Shown here piece by piece: positions 25,127 to 37,018 of a stretch of 56,195 nucleotides of DNA. How positions within the stretch are numbered: the stretch's first letter is position 1; the number at the start of each line of letters is the position of its first letter. Made by a program: the position numbers and the translations under genes. The notes under the pieces are model-generated. The model was not told the DNA's origin. It was given only the letters and a program-made list of their open reading frames with translations, and ran no database searches. Location of the stretch: positions 95,312 through 151,506 of the forward strand of contig NMRA01000713.1 of the NCBI GenBank assembly GCA_002633005.1. The letters are read 5' to 3'. The stretch comes from Phoronis australis. Taxonomy: Eukaryota > Animalia > Phoronida.

Positions 25127-27025
25127 GTGAGAACTTTATTTATCTGTCCATCATAAATTCTTTTTTGTGTTCATATCACTTGAGACAATTTTAGGATTAT
25201 GAATATTGCAGTTGTTGGTTTTATAGCATGAACATTCCTGGATGGCTCATGACAGGGTCTTCATTTTATTACATTGTTGTGGAAAGTTTATGTAAAAGTT
25301 TTATTTATTATATGACTTTCAGAAGCTTGTATTAAAATGTTCTATTTATCATACTTGTCATCAATACATTATTTTTTGAAATGATGTTTGTTTATCTTTG
25401 ATTTTTATTTAATGTAATTGATTTTGACAAAGTTAAGCCGGTTGCAAACAGCATGATTGTTAAAAACAATATCACAAATAATATCAATAATTTGCTCAAC
25501 CAATTATCAAGTTTCAACTTTCCTGATAAAAAATCTTTAAAATGATACCTTATTTGTTTATTTCCTGGAGTAATTGTTATTTTATGAAAATTCGAAATCG
25601 CAAAATTGTACGTAGTGACTTCTCTTTGTCGGCTGTGTTGACTTTAAGGTCAATATCTTCGCACAGGAACGTCTAATCGAAATGGTTTTTTTGGCAAATT
25701 ATTCATCATAAAAAGTTCTTTAAAATGATGTATTACATGTCTATTTACGTTTCTTAGTTTTGAAATAATAATATTTTGAACTCGCAGATTCGATTTGACA
25801 GAATTTTTACCAAAAATTTTGACACGAAAATGACATTTTCTCCGGAACCATAAGTCCAATTTAAAAAATTTTACTATCGTTATTTTAGTCTCGAAAAGAG
25901 CTTTCTAATGATGTATATTACATGCACATTTTCTAAAATTTTTGAAAAATGCTGTTCTCCCTAGATAAGGTTTGATAAAGTGAGTATTGCGAGTTTCTGA
26001 GTGATTCACTAAGGCTTCGATTAAAATTCACATCTTACCAGCAGCTTCTGTTTTTTCATCGTCACTCAAGGTTCCATTTTCTTTGAAAAATGAAGTAAAT
26101 TTTCTTCATTGCACAGTGGAGCAGACGACGGAAACGGAGTCGTAGTGTGCAGCGCCACTGCCCTGCCGGTCGCCTTGGATATCGCGGGAGAGCCTATACT
26201 TAGCCACAGTTCCGTTACGAATGCGCCGTGTTCCGAATTTGACACTTGAAATTAGATTTGAGCCCCCCCCCTCTCCCAACACTAAAACTGCACACATTTA
26301 AATTTTTTTTCATCCGTATAATTTTAATTACCGGGGTTAATTAATAAACTCAACATTTCCCTACGCTCTTACTGTTTTATGTTTTGGCGGCAGCCAAGGG
26401 GGGGGGAGGCCCTGGGCCCCCCCTAAATCCGCCTATGGTTATAATGACTGATTTTATCGCTTTTGGCGGTGCCATTTGGCAGTGCCTTTGACTGCCATCG
26501 TACAGTCCTACGGAGTATTCAATTATTTCGGAGGTTGTTTGTTGCTGTGAAATTATGATTATACCCACACTTTTCTATAATCAGCAAGATAAAACCTCAC
26601 CCTTTAGTGATTTGGCACAGTCATTAAAACTGACCCATTTTGGTGAGAGCCTCGATGAAAGAGTCAACTTTTCTGATAAAATAATTACGCAAAGTTATTA
26701 TTTACAGGGAATTGAATTTCAGCAAGAATCTCTCAGGGCTGTATTCTTTTTAACACAACAAGCCTCAGTTGTATATGAAACCTTCAGTGGTTTTGGTGGA
26801 AAAATGGATCATTTTATACAGTTCAAACCAAAAAGTAAATATTTTTGTGTGGAATTTATTTTAAATTCGCCCTTTCATGCTGACTTTTGTAATGCCTGAG
26901 CCACTGGTCAGAGGGGCACATTTGGTTATATGCAAGTGTCCTCTCTCTCCTGGACCCTGACTCATCGACTGTTTCATTTTTTGCTTTCCACATTCACATG
27001 ACATCAAGTGTTGCAGTTTGCAAAA

Positions 27026-27555
27026 ACACTAAACAGGGTTTCAACAAACCATTAGCATTTGTTTTTTTCTTCTAATACCATCCACGGTGTCCTGCTTCAG
27101 GAAGATCGCAACAAATTCGCGTTCAAAGCACAAAAATGTTCCCAAAAAGCTCACGCATCGAGCCTCCTTGGACGGTTCGAGGTCAAGGACGGTACGGTAA
27201 TTTTTGATTTGTCACGGACTGTCACCACATCGATAACTCCACATTAGCCAGACCATTTCGTAACCTTCCGTGAGAAGCCGGCAATTGCCGTCCATCCGTA
27301 ACTCATCGGTTAATTCCGTACCGTCCTTGACCTCGAACCATCCAAGGAGGCTCGATGCGTGGGCCTTTTGGGAACATTTTTGTGCTTTGACCCGAATTTG
27401 TTGCGTTCTCGCTGAAGTAAGACACGGTGGATGGTATTAGAAGCTAATGGTTTGTTGAAACCTTGTTTTGTTTAAATTTATTGAGTTCTGTGTTTGATAT
27501 GGACGGCTCATGAAGTGAAGCCCCCGTGGAATTTCCGGTCGGGAGTGTCATACCT
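27026..27555. mobile_element. Foldback element with about 170-bp matching inverted arms, left end truncated
   Basis: 27031-27200 is the reverse complement of 27311-27470 (gcatcgagcctccttggacggttcgaggtcaaggacggtacgg). The full arm with terminus AGGTATGACACTCCCGA also occurs at 30453-30700. Confidence 0.85.
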
Positions 27556-27925
27556 TGTAGTATTACATTTAATGTATTGGGGACGATCAGCTGAGGACGC
27601 CTGTGCTTCAGTATAGTATTTTATTCACTAATAATTGTGTGTTTCTGATTCCTATATCGGTGACCTCGAATGTTGAACACTTAAAATGGCAGAGGGAAAT
27701 ATAGTGATACAAAGCTTGTTACTGACCTCGCTTCAACTCTTCAGACGCTTGCAATGCAATCAACTAAGGTAAACGCGGTCTCCATCAAGTTGCCGGACTT
27801 TTGGACAAAATCGCCCGAAGTTTGGTTCGCCAATGTCGAGGCTCAGTTTGGAATCAAAGGGGTTATACAGGACCAAAGAAAATATGATTATGTGGTGAGT
27901 GCCATTGATGTTAACACAGCCGACG
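27556..27925 (+). mobile_element. Ty3/gypsy 5' stub: about 100-bp LTR, PBS and gag N-terminus (DUF7041-like)
   Basis: TGTAG...CCTATA (27556-27656), PBS-like cGGTGACCtCGA, then 27754 MQSTKVNAVSIKLPDFWTKSPEVWFANVEAQFGIKGVIQDQRKYDYVVSAID, the typical LP.FW...P..WF...EAQF gag motif. Confidence 0.8.
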
Positions 27926-28721
27926 GTGACGGGGCGATCTGGGATCGAGAGAAAAACCACAGGGTAGATCTGTGGTCGACAGATCTATTCGGTCGATTAC
28001 ATTTTATTGCCCGTGAAGGCTGCCTGAAGAAATATGACTCTCGCGTTTGTATTTTTCAACGACATGTAAAATATTCATCAAAAATTCCACGTAAAATTCT
28101 GAAAACAAGCGTTTTTCTCCCACGAAAATCGATGAAGTTTTGGCCGAGATATTTCACTTTCAGTCCAGGCTTAGCCCTGCACACTGGAGAATCGTCACAA
28201 AAGATTACTACGCGGTAATGCGGTTTCACTCTCAACAAAGGAAGACGTCAAAATTGACTTATAATTGTCATTTTTAATCTATTTGCATGTTAAATTATCG
28301 AAATGTAAGTAAAATCGTACTCTATATTTTAGCAAGAAAACAGCAATTTCATTTTGGTGAACATGTCTATCAGGACCCAACTCGCGCATGGTGATGAGTA
28401 GTGAGTCCGGTACAACGCGTGAGGATGGTTGTGTTGTTTTTGCTTTCTACTCAAAAGTATCCGTTTCAAAATGGAAGATGGACAGAAAATGCAGGCATGA
28501 GTTGACGAAAACGGCCATTGGGCGGAAGCAATTGTGCGGGGAGTAAATGACAGCGCCGGGAATTCACGTCGGTTTTCCTGGATGGCCGTCTGAGTTTGAC
28601 CAGCTCGTCGAGCCGTGATTCGTGAGAGGCTGAGGTGATCGACTATGTCGGGCTCGGGACCTGGACCTGGTGAAGAAAAACGTAAGTATTTTTTGTCATC
28701 CCTTATGCTCGCGCGATGCTG

Positions 28722-29418
28722 TTGGCTGTATAAAGTATACCGTGTTTGCGTGGGATTTTGTGTTCATGAAATTACAGACTATGTACTTGTACCACATCTA
28801 AAGTCAGAGAAACATTGTTACTTAGTGAAAAATTAACGTCTGGACGAATCTGCCATGGTGCCTTCAATGTTGTTTTTGTTCTCTGTAAAGTAAATTTACT
28901 GTAACATGTCCGATGTTGTCGGATTGAATTGGTATTCCGGGATTTTCAATTCCAGTGGCTGATCCAGAATTTTTCGAATGGTGTTCGCAAATGAAATAAT
29001 GTCAAGCCATTGTTTTAAATTGCCATTTAAGTTTTATTAATAAGAGGTGGAGACAGCAATCTGCAGCCATTTCATTGTTACCTTGTTCTCATTTCTTTAC
29101 ATTTGTTTATGTTTCATTTCCTTGTTTTCTGTAGATCCCCCCAACCCCATTGCTATAGTGCACTCTCTGTTGACTGAACTTGATGACATAATTGATAAGC
29201 CATTGTATTCTGCATACCAGTACTAGCCTAACCCTTAGTCCTACACATCTGGCCCTATTGTTCACTCTTGACTTTTGTTTACAAAATAATCCAGTCCAGT
29301 CTACACCCTGATTGCTTAGTTTAATATTTAGCACAGATTCCAGTGAGTAAACTGACTGTATTTCACTTGTTGAACCTTTTCTTACTGTCATGCAGCTCCT
29401 GCTTGACAGTGCACATGT
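28722..29418 (+). repeat. About 690-bp repeat, inverted copy of 36355-37018
   Basis: Reverse-complement match above 90% by eye; the near-identical ORFs 29107-29442(-) and 36328-36666(+) reflect it. Confidence 0.92.
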
Positions 29419-29856
29419 TTTTCTCGTAACGAGACAGAACACATGTTTATTTCCGGACTAACAGTACAGGTCTTCGTTCTTAAAGAACTTGAGGCTGCTG
29501 TTACGCGATCATCTGATATTCAAGTTTTTACGGCCCGTCGGTGCTCCTTATGCTCTTGAATATTTGGAAGTTGTCTAAATCCCTGTAGACACACCACACC
29601 TTTTCGTATACGACTTTTCGTATGCTAAAAAAGGTGTGTGTAAGCCGATGTTCCAACAAAAAAATTTGCTGGTGGTGTGAATCATACCCAGATGTGCACA
29701 ATATGGTTTCACGAAACTTATGAGCCAAGTTCATGTGACGAAATCGAGAAGGGTTTTTAATTATCTTAAGAAAAACTCCAGAGACATGTTAAGTGCCAGA
29801 AACTTACCAGGATGCATGGAAATTTCACAATTTGGTTACAAAAACAAAAAAATGTC

Positions 29857-29936
29857 TTACACGGGAGGGGGAACCTACGATTCGACCTTTGCGGGAATCC
29901 TAAACCCCCCTTACTGAAAATGTAGATTCGCCACTG
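29857..29936. mobile_element. Right end of a MITE related to 10379-10612
   Basis: ttacacgggagg..gaatcctaa.cccccttactgaaa..gtagat..gccactg is shared with 10501-10612. Confidence 0.75.
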
Positions 29937-29980
29937 CATATGTATTTATATGTATGTTTTAAAAAGAAAAACTGTGTGAT

Positions 29981-30007
29981 TATATATATATATATATATA
30001 TATATAT
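29981..30007. repeat. (TA)n microsatellite
   Basis: Direct read. Confidence 0.95.
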
Positions 30008-30452
30008 TGCCTATCTTTTAAATTATTTTATTTCATATAAAATAATTGCAATGTAAGTACAATCAACCTATTAGGATGTGTCAGTTCGTCAAAATTCACG
30101 TTCTCAGCCATGCAACGTAACAACCATACAAGAGGTTTCTGATTGTGCTCCATATGAAGATCCGGGTTATTGTTCTCCATATGAAGATTCGGGTCAAAGA
30201 AAAGGTCACAAGTAGTTCTATTCAGTTGGAGAATGTTATGATGCCAGCCGGCTGGCCCTCTATTGTGTTGGCACGTCGAGCCCCAGTGAGAATCCATTGC
30301 CAAGCGTGTTTGACTTAATTTCGTACTCCGGGTTTAGGAGCGCCCTCTGCTAACATTGAATGACGGCGTATCTACCTTATTGAAACTTGCGCTTCAGTCA
30401 ACAAGTCTTATTGGGTTTTGGCGTGAATTTCCAGAAGGAATAGGTCCGTCAA

Positions 30453-30700
30453 AGGTATGACACTCCCGACCAGAAATTCCACGGGTGCTTCACTTCAGCC
30501 GTCCATATCAAACACGAAACTCAATAAATTTACACTAAACAGGGTTTCAACAAACCATTAGCAGTTGTTTTTTCTTCTAATACCATCCACGGTGTCCTAC
30601 TTCAGGAAGATCGCAACAAATTCGCGGTCAAAATACAAAAATGTTCCCATAAAGCTCACGCATCGAGCCTCCTTGGACGGTTCGAGGTCAAGGACGGTAC
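30453..30700 (+). mobile_element. Solo arm of the 27026-27555 foldback family
   Basis: Matches the reverse complement of 27316-27555 and directly matches 27026-27195. Confidence 0.85.
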
Positions 30701-32513
30701 AGGCACTGCGTTCACAAAGTGTAAGAAAACAAAAACCCAGCGGCATACGATCACCTCGCTTTGACAATGCATTATGTGCATTCCTCATAACAAGTAGGCC
30801 ACTCTTCAGATTGGTGCTTTTGCAATGAAAATAACAGTAAGATTTCCGAATAGTGTAATATATATTGTACATGAGAATTTCAAACGTTACAATAACAAAC
30901 TCTTCAGTAAAATATTACACTTCATAGGATGAGAAACCTGCACTAAGTACTCTTGAGATAATCTACCGAGATCTTTGAAACTAACAATTATAAACTCTGC
31001 AATATAAACAATACACTTTATACAATGAGCATGTAATAAATACACACACCCAAATAGTGTTACATGCAATCCCTGATGAGATCATCCATGAGTATGAATC
31101 CCTCAAGGTAAACAATAACTCACATGGTGAGCAAAATATTTAAAGTGGGACTTAACTACAACATAGGAACCTTCAAAATTTGTGTCATAGCAGTACAAGG
31201 TTCTACTACTTAACAAAACACCATAAGTGATATAACTGCTGAGATCACTACCTTCACGAGGAAAAGTTATCAATATAAAAATATATGTAACATGAGCTTG
31301 AGCAAAGTACCGGTAGGTGCACAATACTGCTATCCCTGGTGGAACCAGTCACTAAAACCGCAATAAATTGCACACCTCACAAGATGACAATAATATGTAA
31401 ACAAGAATTTGCTTTTCAAGATCAACCATGCGGAAATGACAGGGTCATCGCAGAATTTCAGCCTAAAAAACAATCATTTTCAAAACGACACCAGGACTCA
31501 CTGAATAAAAATACTAAAAAAGACAGTATGTGATTCACTTCATGGGATACAAACAATACGTATCCTAAACTGAAAAGATCAGTCATCCAAGGCTTGAAGA
31601 ATGTTCAAAATAAATACTCAGATTAAGCAATAAACTAGTAACAACAATAACGGACAAATGTCGCAATAAATACACCCCTAGTTTTTTAGGAGCAAAACTA
31701 GCATTTCAAGCTGAACAATGCGGAAACAACACAAGCAGCTTACACATTTCCAAAACCACACAGGCAATACTGATGTGGTACATGAATGAGGTGCACATCT
31801 GGAGAAAAAGTAAAATATTCTCCGTAGTTGTGAATGTCCTAGCTGCATGAAGCATCCAGGCCATTCACTGAATACCTGGCACATATCATACTATGCATTC
31901 ATATACATTGGCATTTTCACGAAAGACGTCGCTCTAGTCGGTTAGCGACTAGTCTTTCGCATATGGCACATCACACTTACAAAATACCGCGAAAAACGGG
32001 TGATGAGGCTGGATCTCGCGAGATCATATCGGTTCGTATCCGCGCCAAATAAACCGCAGAAAACATATCGTCATTGTTGTAATTTGGATGAGTTTTGTAG
32101 CAGTAAGGACTAAGTTCTTAAAAATGGTAATTATAATCCTTGTAGATGAGAAAATCCGTATTTGTCGACTCGTTTATGTATCAAAATAAAGACTTATCTC
32201 CCTTGTCATGCATACTCGGGGAATTCCCTGTCAATGGAATCCCCTAGTATAGAATCGCGACAAATGCGGACGATATTGGAGTACATGTAGTATTAATTGA
32301 AGCAATTTTAAAACGAAAAACATCATTGAAACGGTTTAGTTATCACTAAGTGAACATAAAAGGTACGCTGTGCGATTAAAATAAAACTAGCAGAAGAAGC
32401 ACAGTTGACAGGTCAACTAACTGCGCTTTTGACGTTCCAACACTGAACTGCAATTTGTTTACTTATTAGCCCTGTAGTTCACCAAACTTTAGTAGATCTT
32501 TGCTGTGTACTAA

Positions 32514-32851
32514 CAGTGGCGGATCTAGGATACCATAAGGGGGAGCCAATATGCTGCCTCGGAGAATTGGGCAAAGCGCGATTGTATGCACAGCCGCCCC
32601 AAAGTTGCGGGGGCCGGCGATGTGACTGACCTGGTATTCCCCCCCCAAAAAAAAAACGGCAACAGAGTCGGAAATCCACATCTTAAAATAAGATTTTCAT
32701 GGGTGATTTTACTGTCAAAATTGCCCTTTAATTTTTGATTTTTGATAGAGTAACATCATCAGTGCAGTGGCGGATCTAGGATATCACAAGGGGGGGCCCA
32801 ACATTTTGTCCGGCTGTAAGCATTTGTGCAAACTGAACCACGATTGTAGAT
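32514..32851 (+). mobile_element. Two adjacent left ends (32514 and 32765) of CAGTGGCGGATCTAGG-family elements; second runs into a gap
   Basis: CAGTGGCGGATCTAGGATA occurs twice; the second matches the 22947 head. Confidence 0.75.
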
Positions 32852-33013
32852 NNNNNNNNNNNNNNNNNNNNNNNNNNNNNNNNNNNNNNNNNNNNNNNNN
32901 NNNNNNNNNNNNNNNNNNNNNNNNNNNNNNNNNNNNNNNNNNNNNNNNNNNNNNNNNNNNNNNNNNNNNNNNNNNNNNNNNNNNNNNNNNNNNNNNNNNN
33001 NNNNNNNNNNNNN

Positions 33014-33035
33014 CACACACACACACACACACACA
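33014..33035. repeat. (CA)n microsatellite at gap edge
   Basis: Direct read. Confidence 0.9.
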
Positions 33036-34500
33036 TCATTTCTTGTGAAAAAAACACTTATAGCTTAAATATCAGAAAGTTCCTCAAGATTTTTAAATCG
33101 AAAGCATTATGTCATGACTCTTTAACCACACGGGTACTGCCACTATTATCTGCTTCAGAGTCATTAACTGAAATGGACTATTGATATTTTTGTCATTTAT
33201 GATTTCTACCTTTCATCATTGACATTTTCAAAGCTGGTGTAAACTACTGCACCATCACTAAAGATCAAAAACTAAACAATAAATTGTCATCACTTTTACA
33301 ACCTTTTTTCTTAAAGCAGATCCTCTTATAAACAAGAACAGCCATACATCAGTTTTACAGTTAACTACACACTGAATTTCAAAAATTAATTACGAAAAAA
33401 TACTCTAATTTGGGACAGTGAATAATTATTTTGATCAAAGTCGGAGCTCGTCCCAATTTTTAGAAATTCACACAACTGTCTGTCAGAAATTCAATTTATT
33501 AAATGTTTGTCATGAGAGTCACTTTTTATGAACTTACAGGTGTATTCTTGCAACCTGTTATGCTACAACATAGCGTTAGGAATTCGAAAAGTACGAAAAT
33601 ATATAAATCACTCACGCCTCAAACTTCAGGATGAAAAAATTAAATTTCAGCCATGATTTCTGTGTTCTGAATTTAGGAGGCTGTCTCAATCTGGAGAATT
33701 TTTAATGTAATATATCACCGATCTAATTAATATCATCAACTATGTCACCTTTGCTAAAAATAAATGTTAAAAACAATTATAAGCTATAAATGTGAGCCAT
33801 CCGAAAAATGTTCAAACATACACCATTGCCCGCATGATGACGAATGCACGCAGCAGTCAATAGCCTCTGTACAGCACAGAGTTGAGGGTTTTTGGCAAAC
33901 ATCTACATGTATCCCATACATTATGGCTACAGTGAATTCATTCTTAGTCATACCGATGTGCAGTGAATGACACATAGTAAAAGAAGTGATAGCCCATGTG
34001 TCATCCAGGTTCCTCATTGGGAGGTCTAAGCACACCTTTTCTGAAGTCTTGCAAAGATCATCCAAAGATGTACTGATTTTAAACAACAGTTTCCGATCAA
34101 GTTGTTCAGTTGAATCTTTAGACATGTTTGACATGAAAGGGCTGGATTGTTGATAATCCCCAGATACTGAATACCCATGGTCAACTAACTCTTTGCTCCT
34201 GTTGGCTTCTTAGAAACAGATGGCGAATCAATCCATTAGTACATGTTTCTGTCTATCTTTGGACTGAGCAATGAGATTGCGGACATCCGTTCTTATACTG
34301 ATTTCTGCAGCTGTGTGAATTTTGAACAAAGCGAAATGCCAATTAGAGACGGTGGTCACTGTCTAATCCACTAAATAATAGGAATGTTATTCAGTTGTTA
34401 CATTGGCACCGACTTTTTTCGACCATGTCCTTGTCCTGTTGTTTGTTTCCCATTTTTTCCCAACAATACGTGTATTCGCGTGGTCAAGTCTAGACATTTG

Positions 34501-34661
34501 CAGGGGTGGATCCAGGATTTTTATTTAGGGGGGCCAGGGCTGAGTATTAGCCAGGATTTTGCCCGTCAGACGGCGCACCCCCGAACTGCCAAATGGAATC
34601 TGGGAAAGTTTTAGGGGGGGGGGGGCATGGCCCACTTGGCCCCCCTCTAAATCCGCCACTG
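34501..34661. mobile_element. 161-bp TIR MITE with 5-bp TSD ATTTG
   Basis: atttg|CAGGGGTGGATCCAG...CTAAATCCGCCACTG|atttg. Confidence 0.88.
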
Positions 34662-35724
34662 ATTTGCTGCCACTGACACTGGTACTGGTCAGGTGTGTTC
34701 CATCTGGCTAACACTAACAGTCTGACTCTGTGAGGTGATAACTAGTGAACCTGCACTGAAATTATTACAACATGTTGCTAGCGTCATTCTCAAAACCAGG
34801 GAACATAATATCCGACTTGTTTCCAAAGTAGTAAGGTGTGATAAAACTGAACTCTGAAGTCGAAGTCCAAGCGGCCACAGTCACACAGTGTCGAAAATCA
34901 TCAATTAACCTTCAATTCAGACCCCTTTTAACTCACTCTTCATGCAAATACAAACGCAAAGGCGTACGCGACTGGCCCCGGATAAATTCCCGGTTCGGAG
35001 ATTAATCTTAGTCGGCATTTACAACAGTTTTTCACTAACATTTACATTGATTACGAAACGCAATAGGCCTACTGCCTAACACAGAAATCGCGAGCCACCA
35101 TGTTTACAAAAGCGCCGTCTACCGAGCAAAAGGATAGAAGTGAACTACTTTCGCGCAGGCAAATGTGCTCCTATGGGTAAGATAATACACGCAGTGTTGG
35201 CTTTAGTAGTAAATGTTATACATTGCGAGCAGAACATTCTCACTGACCACAATAGTCAACAAAGCTGCATGCAGAATCAGAGAGATACTACCCTGGCATC
35301 TCAGAGCATTTGATATACACAGAACATTCGATATGAGTGGAGTGCACACTAATAAATACTCTGGTGGGGCCCTTAAATCCTGTAAGGTCATAAGCTGTTG
35401 AGCAGAAAAAACAGCTTTTCAAACAAATTTCCAAACACAATACAACACTTTCAAACATGATTAAGCGCCGAAAATACTGGAATTGATACCTGGGCCCTGT
35501 CATTGATCTTTTTACAGGAAATGGAACTCGAAATTACGTTTGGAATTTTGTACTCTACTTTTGTGCGAACTTAAGACAGGTGGCTATTATCCTATGCTCC
35601 TATACATAATGATTTACGTGGATATTTTATAAGTGATAGTTTACTGTTGATAAACCCAACAAGAATCCAGCACAATAAACTGGTATGTTATGAAATCCAT
35701 TCTGGTTACTTCACCAAAAATAAG

Positions 35725-35942
35725 CAGAGCTTGGAATGAACAATAACAAAAACAGAGGAGAAATTTCCAGCTGATGTATGATACACAAAAAATAGGCTTG
35801 TGTGATAGACATTTTTGGCTGTAAAATATACCTGAACTAAACATTTAATAAAGTCGAAAAAATGATAAAAAGAGGAAATCGAATGAGGAAATCGACACCA
35901 AAAAAGAATTCCTCTTAAAAAAGACGAAAATCCCAAGCCCTG
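35725..35942. mobile_element. Degenerate hAT-like MITE (CAGRGCTTGG TIR); related end at about 18885
   Basis: CAGAGCTTGGAAT...ATCCCAAGCCCTG; no clean TSD. Confidence 0.5.
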
Positions 35943-36354
35943 ATCAAGTCTGTATTCTCCAGGCTTCAACGTGTACATAAATGCAACTGTCAAGCAGTAT
36001 ACCTTCTTGAAATTGTCAAGGCGAGCTCTCTGAAATGTAAACAATCACTGTTTTGGTGGTGTGATTTTTAAACTTCTGGTGCTGGTGACCTTGTGCATGT
36101 GCAGTAGTGTACCACAACTTACACTCATGCAGTCAGAAGGTCACATCACTGTTTGGAAGGGCAACATTTTGAGAGGGATTGTTGGGTGTGGTGTTGCTCA
36201 ATGCTCAGGACTCAGGAGTTTTAAAATTATGAAGAAATGGATGTTTTGGGAAGCAGTTGAACGAATTAGAAACCAACCATAAAAACATTCATGAAAAGAA
36301 ACCGAACCCCTTAAAACGCTTTAATGAGTGGTTCGAAAAAGAGGAGATAAAAGT

Positions 36355-37018
36355 ACATGTGCACTGTCAAGCAGGAGCTGCATGGCAGTAAGAAAAGGTT
36401 CAACAAGTGAAATACAGTCAGTTTACTCACTGGAATGTGTGCTAAATATTAAACTAAGCAATCAGGTTGTAGACTGGACTGGATTATTTTGTAAACAAAA
36501 GTCAAGAGTGAACAATAGGGCCAGATGTGTAGGACTAAGGGTTAGGCTAGTAGTGGTATGCAGAATACAATGGCTTATCAATTATGCCATCAAGTTCAGT
36601 CAACAGAGAGTGCACTATAGCAAAGGGGTAGGGGAGATCTACAGAAAACAAGGAAATGAAACATAAACAAATGTAAAGAAATGAGAACAAGGTAACAAAG
36701 AAATGGCTGCAGATTGCTGTCTCCACCTCTTATTAATAAAACTTAAATGGTAATTTAAAACAATGGCTTGACATTATTTCATTTGCAAACACCATTTGAA
36801 AAATTGTGGATCAGCCACTGGAATTGAAAATCAAGGAATACCAATTTACTTTACAGAGAACAAAAACAACATTGAAGGCACCATGGTAGATTCGTCCTGG
36901 CGTTTATTTCTCACTAAGTAACAATGTTTCTCTGACTTTAGATGTGGTACAAGTACATAGTCTGTAATTTCATGAACACAAAATCCCACGCAAACACGGT
37001 ATACTTAACTATACAGCC
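36355..37018 (-). repeat. Inverted copy of 28722-29418, abutting the truncated 5' end of the gypsy element
   Basis: Reverse-complement match. Confidence 0.92.

Larger units (their letters stand above)
22947..26437. mobile_element. 3491-bp non-autonomous or composite TIR insertion with 5-bp TSD GTTAC/GTTAT
   Basis: gttac|CAGTGTCGGATCTAGG...CCTAAATCCGCCTATG|gttat. The empty paralogous site reads aatagt-tttat-aatgac at about 16740-16755. The first ~85 bp are near-identical to 32765-32851. Confidence 0.8.
22271..27001 (+). repeat. Second copy of the 16.0-17.3 kb repeat, split by a 3.49-kb insertion
   Basis: 22271-22946 aligns to about 16040-16750, and 26438-27001 aligns to about 16745-17293. 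Confidence 0.85.

Noticed and set aside
29107-36666. 111/112-aa ORF pair (29107-29442 and 36328-36666) as paralogous genes
   Set aside because: Both lie in the 690-bp inverted repeat, start outside the shared region with non-ATG codons, and show no recognisable domain.
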